Below, in pieces: positions 1-13,117 of a stretch of DNA of 64,000 nucleotides (positions are counted from its first letter, which is position 1; each line of letters opens with the position of its first letter). The position numbers and the translations under genes are program-made. The stretch comes from Enoplolaimus lenunculus (Eukaryota). Location of the stretch: contig JASANG010001013.1 in NCBI GenBank assembly GCA_030248215.1, forward strand, positions 186,001 to 250,000, read 5' to 3'. The notes below the pieces were generated by a model. It made no database searches. It saw only the letters and a program-made list of their open reading frames with translations, and was not told the DNA's origin.

Positions 1-129
1 CGGTCATTTCAATAGTGACCCAAGTTTCAAAATGGAACTTTTTATTTTTCGCGTAGCTCATGTTTCAAAATTAAGGACTGCAATAAAATATTAAATGACA
101 ATATGTTAACACAGCAATCTGTATATTAA

Positions 130-390
130 CCCTCTCACTCATAGAATACACTGTGAGCAACTAAATACAATAATGTACGAGCAATACATACACTGTGAGC
201 AGTGTTTAACATTTATAACATATGTGCAGAGCAAAATCTCCACAAGACGTGAGAGCCCCCTCGGGCTCCAGCGTCAAGCTCCTATAGCTCAGCGGTCATC
301 GTAAATGCCTGCCAGCCGTGAGACTGGGGTTCGAATCTTACCTTGAAATCATGTCTCGTTTGAAATTGAAAGTACTCATGTGAGAAAGGG
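130..390. mobile_element. piggyBac-like MITE with internal Pol III A/B boxes
   Basis: TTAA|CCCTCTC...GAAAGGG|TTAA; A-box TAGCTCAGCGG 285-295 and B-box GGTTCGAATC 328-337. Related ends or copies near 21975, 27365, 38317-38430, 46265-46465 and 59978. Confidence 0.8.
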
Positions 391-1335
391 TTAAAGCTGA
401 AACGCTCTATATACGTATTTTGGGCACCGTTCCAGCACAAGTAAGCAATAGTTGTATATGGGTGCAAGTAGTGCTACTGGTATATTTTAATTCTGCATGA
501 GTAAAATGGGTAATAATTTGTTGCCTAATAAGATCAGAGGGGTCGACACGGTTATAATTATCGAGGTTTGAGTAACAGCTTTTCAACATAACCGTTTGAA
601 ATTTATATAAATGCTTAAGACAAATAGTATTTCGCTATTTTAGGAATTTTTTAATTTTCGAAAATTTTCGTGGTTTTTAGACACAGGATGGTGTCGGAGT
701 CCTGGTATAAAATTCAATATATATTTCAATAAACCCTAGTGTAAGAGATCCGAGGATGTGTCCCCTTATGATGAGTAAAAATCGTGTGAGTTGTTATGAG
801 GGTTGACGTTGTGCCTAGCAATCCCTTAGGATTCATGTTGTTCCCATACCTTCGTGATCGTTCCTGCGCCGTTGGTATTTTAATCCGAGACTCGAGCCCT
901 TGGTTAATGGAAATACCGGTGGGTTAGATCACGTCAAGGACGTGCCCTCCCTACAAGGCATTTTTTGAGAGCTGTCACTAGTATGTTGAACCGACACTGA
1001 GACTACCACGAGTCATCCAGCATAAGAAATTGAACTTCTTTCGCAGCTGATTGGCAGAGCAACGAAACTGTTATTTGATGACAACTCGTATAAATACCGC
1101 GTATCGGATTTGGTAAATTTATCATTCCGCTACTAAGCTGATCAAGCTGCATCGAATGATATATGAATAGTTTAACTTTTTGACGAAAATGGCTTTCTTT
1201 CGAGATGTCATTTGAAGCTCAAATATGCAAAAATATCAACATAGGATCGTTCTGATCGGAACACCGTGAAATAAAAAATTAGCTTATACTGCTAAAGTTG
1301 ATAGTAGATAACTTACCACTTTATAATGGGTTTTG

Positions 1336-1537
1336 GACCCATGCATAGAACAGGAAGACCGGATCGTTTTCCGGCGGGACTGTAATAGAGTCAGTTTAAA
1401 ATTAAGACTAACTTTTTTGCTTACGCTTCGGCTTAAGCTTTAGAATTGGCGCATCCTTACGCTTAGGCTTAGGCTTACGCTTAGGAATTTAGGAATATGC
1501 TTAAACTACTGTTCCGGCCCTGTTCTATACATGAGCA
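1336..1537. mobile_element. Telomere-repeat MITE (family A), Merlin-like
   Basis: About 26-bp TIR (CCATGYATAGAACAGG..CCGGA), internal TTAGGC repeats, perfect 8-bp TSD GGGTTTTG. Confidence 0.85.
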
Positions 1538-1775
1538 GGGTTTTGCATGCTTTATCCCTTGTTTACGTTTAGGTTTGGGCTCAGGATTAAGCTTTAGCAA
1601 TTGCATATCCATGCCCAGGTCATAGCCTTTGCTTATGCCTAAGCGTTGAATTTCACTGTGGTTGGAAAGTGTGCAAGGGCCGGGGCCCGTGTAAACATCA
1701 CTTGGCGGAACGTTTTTCTGTGAGCCTGCAATAGAGTAAAGTTAATGTTTAGACAAATCTTTTTGCTTAGACTTA

Positions 1776-1959
1776 GGGTTGCGCTATACTTTTGTTGACG
1801 TCCGGCGCCGTCCGTCACAATGCGGTATCGTACGCAAATAATTCACGTACGATAACTTATGTACAGACGGCGACGGACGTTGCAGTATGGGTGACGCACA
1901 GTGACGGACGGCGCCGTATGGTTGACTAACGGCGCCGACCGTCAGGTATAACGCAACCC
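1776..1959. mobile_element. PIF/Harbinger-like MITE (TIR GGGTTGCGCTATAC)
   Basis: TTA|GGGTTGCGCTATAC...GTATAACGCAACCC|TTA; relatives at 12894-13021, 57879-57917 and 62081-62226. Confidence 0.8.
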
Positions 1960-1962
1960 TTA

Positions 1963-2604
1963 TGCGGGATTCACGTTATAACCGGGGCAGGCGGGACACG
2001 TTTTGTCCTATGTTGATTCGACGCCAACGTTAAAATTCGGGCTCTTATATCGGGTCAACAGACAAAACTCGAATATCGTATGACATTAGCTTACAAACCA
2101 CCGCTCTCAAATGATCAATGTGTACAAGGGACGGTAGGTCACGTGATACTGTGGGACATTTATTCGAATATCATATGATGTTCCAAAATTTCAACGAATA
2201 TCATATATTCAGTGGGGCAGTGTAATCTTTGGGTGCTGATAAATGAATGAAAAGTCGAACGTCAGAGGCACAGATGTGCTTTAAATACTAAATACACGCC
2301 TGCTAAACGTATCCGACACAAGATCGTTTACAACCATAGGTTCGTAATTAAAAAATTCAAATTTCACATTCTAGTATTATATGATATTCAACAGGACATT
2401 TGACAATATATCATATGATATTCGCAGACAATATCTCAAATATCATATGATATTGAAGAACAAAAGATGACCTACAGATGATAGCAGACAAATACGAATT
2501 TTTGAATACGATATGGGGGTCTACAAGCAGACAAAATGTTACCCAGCAGTCTAATAGGGACAAAACGTGTCCCAAGCTGCCCCGGTTATAACGTGAACCC
2601 CGCA
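1963..2604. mobile_element. PIF/Harbinger-like non-autonomous element (about 29-bp TIR TGCGGGRTTCACGTTATAACCGGGGCAG)
   Basis: TTA TSD on both sides. A deleted copy at 9635-9951 has a TAA TSD; fragments lie near 27905-28040 and 59500-59770. Confidence 0.82.
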
Positions 2605-3262
2605 TTAGGCTTACGATTAGTATGCGTATACTACTGTGACAGCCCTGTTGTAAACCTTAGCAAGAGCCGCTTTACCAAATATCTTTATCTAATCCTATTG
2701 TAAGAAAAAACGTTTTACACAAAACATTTAGTCTTAAACCATTTATTTTACGACTATAATATTTCTCTGTACCCGCTGTTTTTAACTCTACCACTGACGT
2801 GAAGTGGGGTGGGTTATTTTGAGGAACTCCAGTGTAAATGCAACAAAAAAACTACACATAAAAGCGCTGCCATAAAAACAGATTTAAAAATAAAGAAATA
2901 CAAAGTTTATAACCAATTTGACATCAACTGTTACTGACGGAAAAAATATATATTTTTGTCTTTTATTTCCTACTTTAAACTGAAAACAACACTCGTTAAC
3001 ATGGGTGTCTACAACTTCTAAGGATACGGCTGACATGTACCGTTTGTGGAATTGTTCAAGAAACGGAAATATAGTAACGCTAAGGCCTTTTAAACAAACC
3101 ATCTGGGTGGGGACATGGCAGAACTTTTTTTTGCTCGCAACGGTCATTTGCCCAAATATTTCGATATTCGCTTGTGGAATGAAATGTTGTCTTGGTTTGG
3201 TAAAGGGTGTCAAAGTTGTGTATCTGCTGCCTCATCTGAGCTATGATTGGTCTTTGGTTTAT

Positions 3263-3502
3263 TGGCTCATGTAAATGATCAGAGACGGAACGTTTTTGCG
3301 TGGGACTAAGTAAGCTTAGGCTTTTTAGACTAATTTTTTGCTTGGCTTAGGATTAAGCTTACGCTTAGACTTAGCAATATGCTCATTCTTACGCTTAGTT
3401 TAGGCTTAGGCTTAGGCTTAGGAATATGCTCATTATTACGCTTAGGCTTAGGCTTAGGAATATACGTCTAATACTGTTCCACCCCTGTTCTTTGCTTTGG
3501 CC
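3263..3502. mobile_element. Family A telomere-repeat MITE
   Basis: Same TIRs and TTAGGC/TTACGC internal blocks. Confidence 0.8.
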
Positions 3503-4829
3503 GTTTTTTCTGTCTATTTCTTGTTTCGGTTTTCTTTCTGACTAAATTAAATTTTTTCAATCTTTTTGGTTTCAACCAGGATACACCTGGACGTCTGCCT
3601 GAAATACCAGCAGCAGATCGGCCTATGGTGATCGAGCGGAAACTTTGACGGTGGCTTCGGCAATTTCGGTGGTGAAAACTTTTGAGTATTTTTAGGCTTT
3701 CTACAGTAACTGGGTGTTCGTTTTGGAACAATTTGATTATTTCATATTTTGTTTCTTTTTTAACATTTATTTCTGTTTGTTTAATGTTTACACTTTTTCA
3801 CAATGTGTCTGTATTGTTTTACAGCGGGATGATATAGCGACAAATTCTGTCTGGGAAAGACGGACATCTGTATATTAAAGCTGGAACACCCCACATACGT
3901 ATTTTGGGCAGCATTCCAACAGATTTTTGTTTACGTATGCAAATTAAGTTTGTATGCATTGAGATACCTATTGTTTCGGATGTTTTATATATTTTATTTT
4001 GTTCACTTAAATATCAGGAGCCCAGGCAACAATTTAGCCTACGGTCGGAGAAGCGTTAGTCCAGTTGGATATGTGTGCAACTATGTGTACTAATTATATA
4101 TAATAGTGAAAAAAGTTGGCGAGCGAAACGAGCGAGAAGTCAAACACAATTTGAGCTTTAAATTTGACGAACAGAATTTATCATTTTGACCTTCTGTTGG
4201 GTGCCCAGGTCTCGACGCTCGCATTGCATGCTCCAGTACTCTTAAATTCTAACCTGATTTTCTTACGAACAAAATTGAGTATATTAAACCCCGTTACTTG
4301 GCTAATTATTTTCCTAAAGCATCCTTCTCAGGCTCGTAGCCAGCTCATCCTGTTACGAGGGAGCGGGGGGGGTTAAAACGCCCCTGACCCCCGCTTTTGA
4401 TGAACCCATTTTCGAAAATGCGAATGAGTGACAAAAATCCATAATAAAATAATAACGCAAAGTCTCGATCTTTTCTCAACCAAACCAATCAAAATCATAC
4501 CCACTTTTCATTTTGCTTACTATCCTAAACCACTATGAGTAGTAGTAACACCCCCCTCCTTGTCGAGGGGTTATAACTACTTTTGTATGAAGTAAATCAA
4601 ACGGTATCATCATCAGTTCTACGGTTCCGCTAAAGACAATTTTTGTCTCAAAAACAGTGTCAAAATTGCACTCGTGCAAGCGTCTTTCCAAAAACCCATT
4701 GACAATTTATACATCAAAATCCACAATTCGGCTTCTAACAAATCATTTATGTAATTATAAAAGCAACAAAATACATAATGTATATATTATAAGTAAATAA
4801 ATATATCAATATCTATGCATAAATGCCCA

Positions 4830-5030
4830 TATATATAAGTATATGTATATATATATTTATGTATATATATTTATGTATATATATATTTATGTATATATAT
4901 TTATAAATATATATTTATTTATATATATTTATTTATATATTTATTTATATATATTTATTTATTTATATATTTATTTATATATATATTTATATATATATAT
5001 TTATTTATATATATATTTAATTATATATAC
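4830..5030. repeat. AT-rich (TA/TTTA) microsatellite
   Basis: Low-complexity TATATATTTA run. Confidence 0.9.
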
Positions 5031-7953
5031 ATAAATTAAAATGCATATATCGGGTTTTGGTAAACGCAACAAAAAAATACAGGTTGATGATTTTGTCGAC
5101 GAACCAAAAAATACGGGACAATTTTTACCAACTTTTATTTTGGTGCTTCAATGCCAGATGGTTGTTGATAAAAATGATTTGAAACCTTGCGGCGGTAATT
5201 TTGAAGCCAAAAGTTTCTTTTTTTGTAAATACACAATTAGAAATATTCCCAACCAGTGACAGCACCGTGGAAGTCAACGGTCAAAACGCCATTTTATAGT
5301 ACAGTGGTGATGGTAAAGCGTTCCTTTTATCCGAGAGTTATTGGATAAAAACTATACGGTGAAATTAGATCACAGATGAAATAGAAAATATTCAAATGCT
5401 TAAACAATTACAAACAGCCTGCATTTTGCGACTAAACCATCCTGGGATCAGATTCCATTCTAAATCTTGGATGTGGATATCTTGCAATTACAAACCTCAA
5501 TCGTGTAAAACCAACAGAAAGGGGCCGGTGCAGCCACCGCCAATAGCCCCCATTTGGGGGGCACCCTAAAAGGACCCGCTCCCTAACCGGTTGAAACAAA
5601 AACCGCTTAAGTTTTAAAATGCGTCTGGCATCGCTTCTCTCGCGAGTTTGGGGTGGGGCGCCCACGATGGAATTTGGGGGGAGCCCCCGCCCCTGCCTGT
5701 TTCGGCACTGCCAACAGATATATGCTGCTTAAGCAATCAAGGTTTTCTACTGTAATTAACCTCTTCTCACATAGAGTTGACTATGAGCAATTCAGACAGT
5801 ATTATAAACATATTCCTAAACCTAAGCGTAAAGAATGAGCATATTCCTCAGCCAAAGCAAAGCAAAAAAATAGTCTAAACCTTAAGTTTGCTCTATTCTA
5901 GTCCCATAGAAAAACGTTCCGCCCCTGATCTTCACATGTGCCGATGGATTTATAGTTAGATTTCGAATGCTTACATTTTGATGGATAGGTTACTATTCAA
6001 ATCCCTATACTTGAAATCCGTATCGGTGAGTCCGATTCTCAATTTCTTAATCACTTCTACAGCTCCTGGCTTTAAACCTATCATCGACTACAGTGACCGT
6101 ACACACTTGACACATTCAAAAATCACCAGTCCTGAGCTTTTATAATTACAAGAAAATAATAAAAATAATTAAATACAACCAAAAAACCACAACAAAGAAA
6201 ATAATTTTGTTTCGTTTACTTTTTACTCGTTTTAAAAATGATAAACATCTTAAAACGCTTTAAGACCTGTGACTCGTTGACCTTAAAAGCTTTGATATAT
6301 ATCAAACGCTCTATGTAACATTCTAGGCGGCGTGACTAGGCTAAGTTGCCGTAGTAACCGGTGTTTCACTACCGTACTAGGGGGTATATTTATTTTTAAC
6401 TGAGGTTTAGAAAAACTATTAAGCATACATAGCTAGGCGTGAATTTGAGCGGTTGACAGCTAAAGAATACGACGTAGAGAACAGGGCCGGAACAGTAGTA
6501 TAAGCGTATTCCTAAGCTTAAGCCTAAAGCGTATGGTTGAGCCTATTCCTAAGTCTAAGCAAAAAATTAGTCTAAAGCTTAAACTGACTCTATTATAGCT
6601 CCTCCAGAAAACGATCCAGCCCTGTTCTACACGTAGGGGCGTACCGATAGCAAGAGTGAAAGGGGGGTCGGCCCTTAATCATATATTTATTTCTGTCAAG
6701 TGAAGCCATTGCATCATGGAAAAATCGTTATGAATTTGTCAATTTTAAGTTAAAACTCAATATTTTAATCGTTTAAGAGGGTCTGCCCCCCGTCAGTTCA
6801 AATTTCTCAGAATACCACTGAACGGTGGCGTACACGTAGGTTTTGGCACTTAATGATGGTTGTCTTACAAGTGAAAACTGATTGCAGGGGGGGTTAAAGC
6901 GTATTTAGGACACGGATAGAATTATTGTAGAAACATTGAAGAAAGTTGCAGGCTGTTTCAACTGCCGTAGGTGAATCCCACCCCCCATGCGTCGTAAATG
7001 ACTCAACCCCTTGCAGCCGTGGGTCACGTCACAACAGTTCAACCCCGCTATTGACTCAGCATCTTTGCAGCCATGGGTAACCTCGCTAATGTTTAGCACC
7101 TCAAATGACTCAGCGTCACGTCAGCGATTTGTCATCTCATGAAATTTCAAATTACGAAATTTTACTGGTAATAAAGTTAATCAACTCATCTGGAATTAAA
7201 TCGGCTCATAGTGAGTTAATGTTTACAGTTATTAACTTAGAAACAACCAGAAACGACTAATTCGTTCCATAATGTGTCTAATCAACTCAATGAAATTTAC
7301 AGTGTACATCATAATAAAAACCTTTTAGTTTTGTGGCCCGCCCCACACCCCCTAAGGGCCCCCTATAAAATTCTTCACGGCAGGGGATGGTGGAATATAT
7401 TTTGGGCGGGTCGAATATGTTTACAACGCGAACGACAACACAAAATAAACCAACAACTCACCCCACCAAATTCTGGATTTTGAGGGCCATCACAACGACC
7501 AATGAAACTCTAATTCTAATCGATTCACTGGAATTTACAGTGTGTGTAATGGCCTCCTGCAGGAACCGACAGATGGTCGCGTTTTCTTCCCTGTGTTGTT
7601 AAACGCGTCTTTGGTCGAGACAATAAGCGCGCCCCACTACATCAATACCTTATTAAATATTAAACTAAAAATATATAACTCACTCTTTTTAATTAATTTT
7701 TTAAAAATTATTATTTTCATTAAACTTTTTCTGAGTTAATTATTCAATAAACGACAAAATATGTTTGATTTATGCGTATATTTTCAGAAAAAAATAACAA
7801 AAAAACACCAAAAAAGTAAAAAGCCGTAGGTTCTGTAAAAAGTTTTCCAGGATGCAGTTGTTATTTTTAAAAATAGGAGGCATTAATTTGGGACGCGTAT
7901 TTTCGTTTGCGGATGGTGGATCCCGGGATCCCCGGTGTATATATTTTAAGAGA

Positions 7954-7985
7954 GGTGCACATGTGTGCAACTACGGATTACTAGT
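7954..7985 (+). mobile_element. Helitron-like 3' terminus
   Basis: Hairpin TGCAC-ATGT-GTGCA followed about 10 nt later by CTAG|T; degenerate twin at about 4064-4095. Confidence 0.5.
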
Positions 7986-8439
7986 ATATTTTATTTCAAA
8001 GACATAATATTTCACCTGTAAACTTGATCGCATGAATACAAAAGACATTAAACATGATTGCTTCATCTTCATTGTGATCCTTTTTTTCCGGCTGAAATAT
8101 AAATAAAATATATCAGATTTGTAGCCAAACGGCGCGGCGACACCGATTAAAAACGAGGCTGAAATATTTGCATGCGTTCACGCAATATGTAATAGTGGAC
8201 GAAAAATTGCAAGCGAAGCGAACAAGAAGCCAAATGCAATTTTTGTACTTTGTAAACTATCGACCTTATGACCGTTACGATGTTTATATAAAATTGTCTT
8301 TTGTATATTTTTCAGCTCGTATGCGATGTTGGTACTATACGGTGTGCACTATCCCTGTTTTTGAAGTTTTTGCCCAAAGTTAATGAACAGGGGTTGTGCA
8401 GACCGTATAGTAGGAACATGGAGGTTGCATCGGGATCAC

Positions 8440-8866
8440 CATGTTATGTTTTATGGGGAAGGTCGCCTTGGTTTTAGGATGCGACCCGCCGGCTCGGGCG
8501 AGCTTATTCAAACCGAGACGGACGGAAGGGGTTGGGAATCTCCTGTTAGTTCGACGGACCCGTAAACTTCAATCTCGCAAATTCGAACGTTTAATTGGAC
8601 TTTATTCGATCCGGCCACGTATCTCTACTGATCCGTGTCCGTAGGCTAACCTTCCGAGTCAAAACTTGTTTTATTACTTGTTTGTGACTCGTGTGTTACT
8701 CGTTTTGTGTCAATAAACGCTCGTATTAGCGAGCTTGAAGTTTACGGGTCCGTCGAACTAACAGGATATTCCCGACCCCTTCCGTCCGTCCCGGCTAAAT
8801 AAGCTCGCCCCAACCGGCGGATCGTATCCTAAAACTAAAGCGACCATCCCCATAAAACGTAACATG
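8440..8866. mobile_element. Foldback element with about 139-bp inverted arms
   Basis: 8440-8578 is the reverse complement of 8729-8866 with scattered mismatches; both ends read CATG. Confidence 0.8.
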
Positions 8867-10624
8867 CAATGTTTTCTAAACCGCAATAACGGGGCGGTCT
8901 TGTCGCCAGCAGCGGTATTGATTCGAATTATCAATGGAACCGGTTCAAAAATACCTGGCGGTTTAGACCTTTGACCGTATTCTCAAATGTGTGTAACACG
9001 TATCACCAGCTGGTAATAGGTTTTGGAACGTTCAAATCACCAGAACGGAAAGCTTAAAAATTTACCATAATTGTCAGATTTCATTAACCCTATTTCTGTG
9101 CAAAATTTTTTGATTTAAAATCGCAAGCGATCGCGAGTTAAAACCTATTACCAACTGAATTGATTTCACTCATTCTGATTAAATTAATCAACTTTTACAC
9201 TGAATTAAATCAGCTCAGAGCGAATTAATATGTACTGCAACGAACACAGAAATGACCAAAAATTACTAATTCTCTCTGAATTGATTAATCAACTCACTGG
9301 AATTTACAGTGTAAGTTAAAGTAAAACTAAAGTCATTATTTGTATATTTGATGCGTTAGAGAATATCAGTTCTGCCATACTAATCTTGGTCTATTGAAAT
9401 TATCGTCTGAAGGTACAGGCGCAATAATGCAATAGCTATGGTTTCCGTCTTATGACAGTTTTTACAATTGCCATTTATTTGGTTATTCTCAAAAAATTAA
9501 GTATTTACTTAAATCGGCGAGTAAAGTAAGTGCTTAACTTATGTAAATACTTAGGTAAAATTTTAGAAACCCAGCCAATAAATGCTGATTTTTATTCTAA
9601 AATGGACTGTAAAAGCTTGTACCATAAACAGTAATGCGGGGTTCACATTATAACCGGGGCAACTTGGGATATGTTTTGTCCCTATTAGACTATTGGCAAC
9701 ATTTTGTTTGCTTTATAGACCCCATTCAAAAAGTCGTATTTGTCTGTTATTATCATGTGTAGTTCACCTTTTGCTTTTCAATATCATATGACATTCGACG
9801 TACTGTCTGCGAATATCGGTATGTTTTTTCAAATGTCTGCATACTTGAGGTAACATACCCACACTGTCCCGTTGAATATCATATTATGCTAGAATCTGAA
9901 ATTTGAATTTCCCTGTAATGCTCCTGCCCCGGTTATAACGTGAACCTCATATAAAACTTGTACGAGATTGAGGTTTACCTCTACTGAACATTACATAATA
10001 CCAAAGAGTGGATGATTGCTTTTAACAAGAGTGTGCAACTGAGTACATTCTGTGTACAAAAATTGTACCCAGCGCATGTTGCGTTTTGGCCTGCACCGCC
10101 TTTATTTATTAGTGTTCTCTTATGTTTCGAGAAATTTCAGGATTACAGCTGTATATCTTTACACTGTCCAGATATACAACCTTTGATGAATGCATTTTCT
10201 TTTACATATTCCATTCTTACTCGGGTTCTATAGAATTAAATGATAAAGTGTGTAGAAATTTAGACCTCTACGATTCAGAGAAGACTAGAAATTTAGGCTT
10301 AGATTTAGGTTTAGGCTTATTATTAGTGTTCTGGTATCAAATTAACACTGGACTGTCCTAGTATAGTATCAGTTCTACTATTCCACGTCTGGCTGTATTT
10401 CTGAACTGGTCAATGTAATACGTGGAAGAACGTAAACAGTAGTTACACATATTCCTAAGCCTACGCTTCAGCGGAAGGATTAGACTGAAACTCAATCTCA
10501 GCGTAAAACTTTAGTCTACGTTCACACAATGAAACAGTCTAAAGCTTAAGCTTACTCTATATTTAGGTTCGGTAGAAACAAGGGACGCCCTTTAAAGTAA
10601 ACACTGACCTCTGAAATGATAGTT

Positions 10625-10897
10625 TTAGATACCTTTTTGCCCATTTTGCTTTTCTTTGCGTCCAATCAAACAAAGACAATGATATCCGTGTTGAATCGCC
10701 TTACCAGCAGGACTGCATTGTCCCCACGGCTCCGATGCTGAGTATATGCAATCTGATTGCAGTTGTTTCAAGCAATTTTCATACGTATTAAGTTGCGTTT
10801 CCTTGCACGAAATTTTTGCTGCAATGCTATTAATTGCACTTGCAAATGCAATAATTGCTAAAATTACAGCGCAAACTCGTTTGCAGTTGCGAGCCAT
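10625..10897 (-). CDS. Candidate small secreted cysteine-rich protein (first exon or whole ORF)
   Basis: ATG at 10897 lies 2 nt after a TTTTTTGTCAG acceptor. Signal-peptide-like MARNCKRVCAVILAIIAFASAINSIAA is followed by several Cys. Possible internal donor G|GTAAGG at 10705/10704. Confidence 0.5.
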   Translation of the reverse strand: MARNCKRVCAVILAIIAFASAINSIAAKISCKETQLNTYENCLKQLQSDCIYSASEPWGQCSPAGKAIQHGYHCLCLIGRKEKQNGQKGI

Positions 10898-12366
10898 GAC
10901 TGACAAAAAATTGAGCTATGATGAGTTAATTATTAATAGCAAACGGTTTACCTGAAAATGTAAAAATTGCACATCCTTACAACTTGATACATTATAGAAG
11001 GCGATAATGTATATAGAACGTGTCCAGAAAAGTGGATGCATACGCGTAGCATCGTAACCGGATATCCGTTTCCGGTTAGGTAAAAAATCAGTGTCCGGTT
11101 CCGTTTTGAAGATACCGAAAATTACATTCTTTTAATTATGTTCGAGAACGCTGAAATCAACGCGGTCCATTTTCGTATAAGAGCCTACTAAAAGGTAAAA
11201 GTCTTCCAGGCTTAAAATAGCACCATCTTCCTGTCTTCAGCGGGCAGGCCTCTATAATTAACATAAGGTCGACTAAACCCATATGCAAGCCTTTGCAATC
11301 CTAAGCCTTAAATGTAGCAGAAAGTGTACCAAAGCCGAAATGAATATCAAACTGCAAACGAATCGTTTCGCTGAACATGAATTTTTACCGAAAATAAAAT
11401 GATTTTGAGCTGCTGTGAAAATTAATAAACATATTCGTCATTGAAAACGTCACGAAATGATTGTTGACAAATCCCTGTCACACAGACCAAAACACACTGG
11501 ATAAGATTAAAGGTCTAATAATTAAATCTTGAACGCCCAACATACGAAATTTGAGCCAAGTTTCAACTTTAACTTTTAAATTACAATTTATAAAAGAAAT
11601 GCTTACAAACAAGTCTTTTCTAACTAACACTAGCTCGCTTTGATGATATTTCAACCACTTTTAGTATAATTCATTGTAGACGCGATATGAAACATTGCTG
11701 GGTTTATCAGTATTATTTGCAAGCGAAATTCAATATGATAAATTTCGAAATTCAACGCATGACCTACAATTAATGATACAGATTAAATTTTCCCAAAATA
11801 TGTTTTTAGAAATTACTGTATAAAATATTTGAAATATATTTTCAAATAAAAGTACCGCAACTATCATTAGTTTTAGTGACAAATTTTGCTAATTTTGAAC
11901 AAATCGTTTCATTGTAACGTTTAAAATTTAGCACAATTACCATGTGAAATTTTAGATCTCCAGTTTTGTTAATTTGAATATTTTAAAATTTACTGCTACA
12001 GATTGGCAGTAGGTGCTATACACAGTTGAAAATACGACTCGTACAGTTGCTGAACGTTGAACTTTTAAAATATTTTTTTTGCTTAGTTTTATACGCTTGA
12101 AAACGGAATTCTGGAAAAAGCTTAAGGTTTTTTTACTGTTTTCTTCACTGTTCGTACTATCGCTTTCGATAATCTATATTTATTAAAACTGGGACGCTCC
12201 ACATACGTATTTTAGACGCCGATTTAACTCAGTAATAAAGATAGTTTTTGGAATGTATATACCCATGATCAATCTACAAAAGAATTTGTACATTTATAGA
12301 TTTATGTTAAGAAATTTTGTGAGTGTAAAAAGCCTGTATTATTTATCGAACAATTTGAGTGCAATT

Positions 12367-12620
12367 CGCCCATGTATAGAACAGGTCCGGAACAGCAGTA
12401 TAAGCATATTCCTAAACCTAAGTCTAAGCGTAAGCCTAAGCCTAAGCGTATGGATGAGATAATTTCTAAGCCTAAGCCTAAGCGTTATGAGATAATTCCT
12501 AAGCCTAAGCGTATGAATGAGATAATTCCTAAGCCTAACCCAAAAAATTAGTCTAAAGCTTAAACTGACTCTATTATATCCCCTCCGAAAAACGATCCGG
12601 CCCTGTCCTATACATGGGTC
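12367..12620. mobile_element. Family A telomere-repeat MITE
   Basis: CCCATGTATAGAACAGG...CCTGTCCTATACATGGG with GCCTAA blocks. Confidence 0.85.
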
Positions 12621-13117
12621 GACTAGTTTTTTATTTAAAATTTTCATCAAATCAAGTGAATTTCCGTAAATTCTCGTCAATTGCAATGGCGGAAATACAA
12701 ACAACTTTTAAACATTTATATATACTTCAATATACGTTTTGCTTTTTCGATATTGATCACTATCCGTTTCTGTTATTTTTACTATTCGTACACAAACTGC
12801 GTCTAAATTTTTTAATGATTCTGTGCTTATACCATCGCCTGTTTCAAATACTTCAATTTGTAAATTTCCGATAAGGTTAAATTAATAAATTTAGGGTTGC
12901 GCTATACTTTTGATCAGCGGCACCGGACGAACTCACGTACGATCGCGTATGGTGACGGATGGTGCCGTACGGGGTGACGCACAGTGACGGACGGCGCCGG
13001 ACGTCAAGTATAGCGCAACCCATACACACGAATTAACAAAATGATAATATTTTAACATAAAGGACAAAACCAGTTAAGCTATTGTTCGGTAAAGTCGAAT
13101 TAAATATCAGGATTTAA

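Noticed and set aside
4843..5034. YIYI-rich ORF
   Set aside because: AT microsatellite.
12339..12704. LRLR/PKPK-repeat ORFs (also 14890-15150, 23072-23290, 60050-60350)
   Set aside because: Chance translations of TTAGGC repeats inside MITEs.
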